Shown: in pieces, positions 63,999-64,000 of the stretch
Layout of the letters: the number at the start of each line of letters is the position of its first letter
Position numbering within the stretch: position 1 is the stretch's first letter
Assembly: GCF_009914755.1 (NCBI RefSeq)
Contig: NC_060926.1
Length of the DNA stretch: 64,000 nucleotides
Reading direction: 5' to 3' (one strand)
DNA from: the human T2T-CHM13v2.0 reference genome, Homo sapiens
Made by a program: the position numbers and the translations under genes
The notes under the pieces: generated by a model
Database searches by the model: none
The model's input: only the letters and a program-made list of their open reading frames with translations
Told to the model about the DNA's origin: nothing

Positions 63999-64000
63999 AA

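Overview
Primate genomic DNA, most likely human, lying entirely inside the minus-strand gene ATAD2B (AAA+ ATPase/bromodomain protein). I read 12 consecutive coding exons by hand (presumed exons 2-13, 60660 down to 22106, 1352 nt, about 450 aa). All have GT-AG boundaries and compatible phases, running from the disordered N-terminus through the Walker A (GPPGTGKT) and Walker B (IIFFDE) motifs of AAA domain 1. Exon 1 and exons 14 onward lie outside the window. The introns are very repeat-dense: roughly 80-90 Alu copies or fragments by eye, fragmented old L1s, L2, LTRs (MER52-, MLT1A-, MST- and MER4-like) and DNA-transposon MITEs (Tigger4a, MER58A, MER2, Charlie-like). Presumed intron 8 holds a disabled PGAM1 processed pseudogene. 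I found no evidence of a new multi-gene biological system. The most notable items are local: a near-identical 542-bp tandem duplication, a 31-bp-stem/7-nt-loop hairpin of pre-miRNA size, a 5'-inverted AluY-like insertion beside exon 7, inverted Alus bracketing exons 5-7 (circRNA layout), an odd 3' end on the PGAM1 retrocopy, an older ~180-bp duplication with a 45-bp perfect core, and possible intronic polyadenylation after exons 9 and 13. Exon numbers and repeat subfamily names come from recalled sequences, not from a search.
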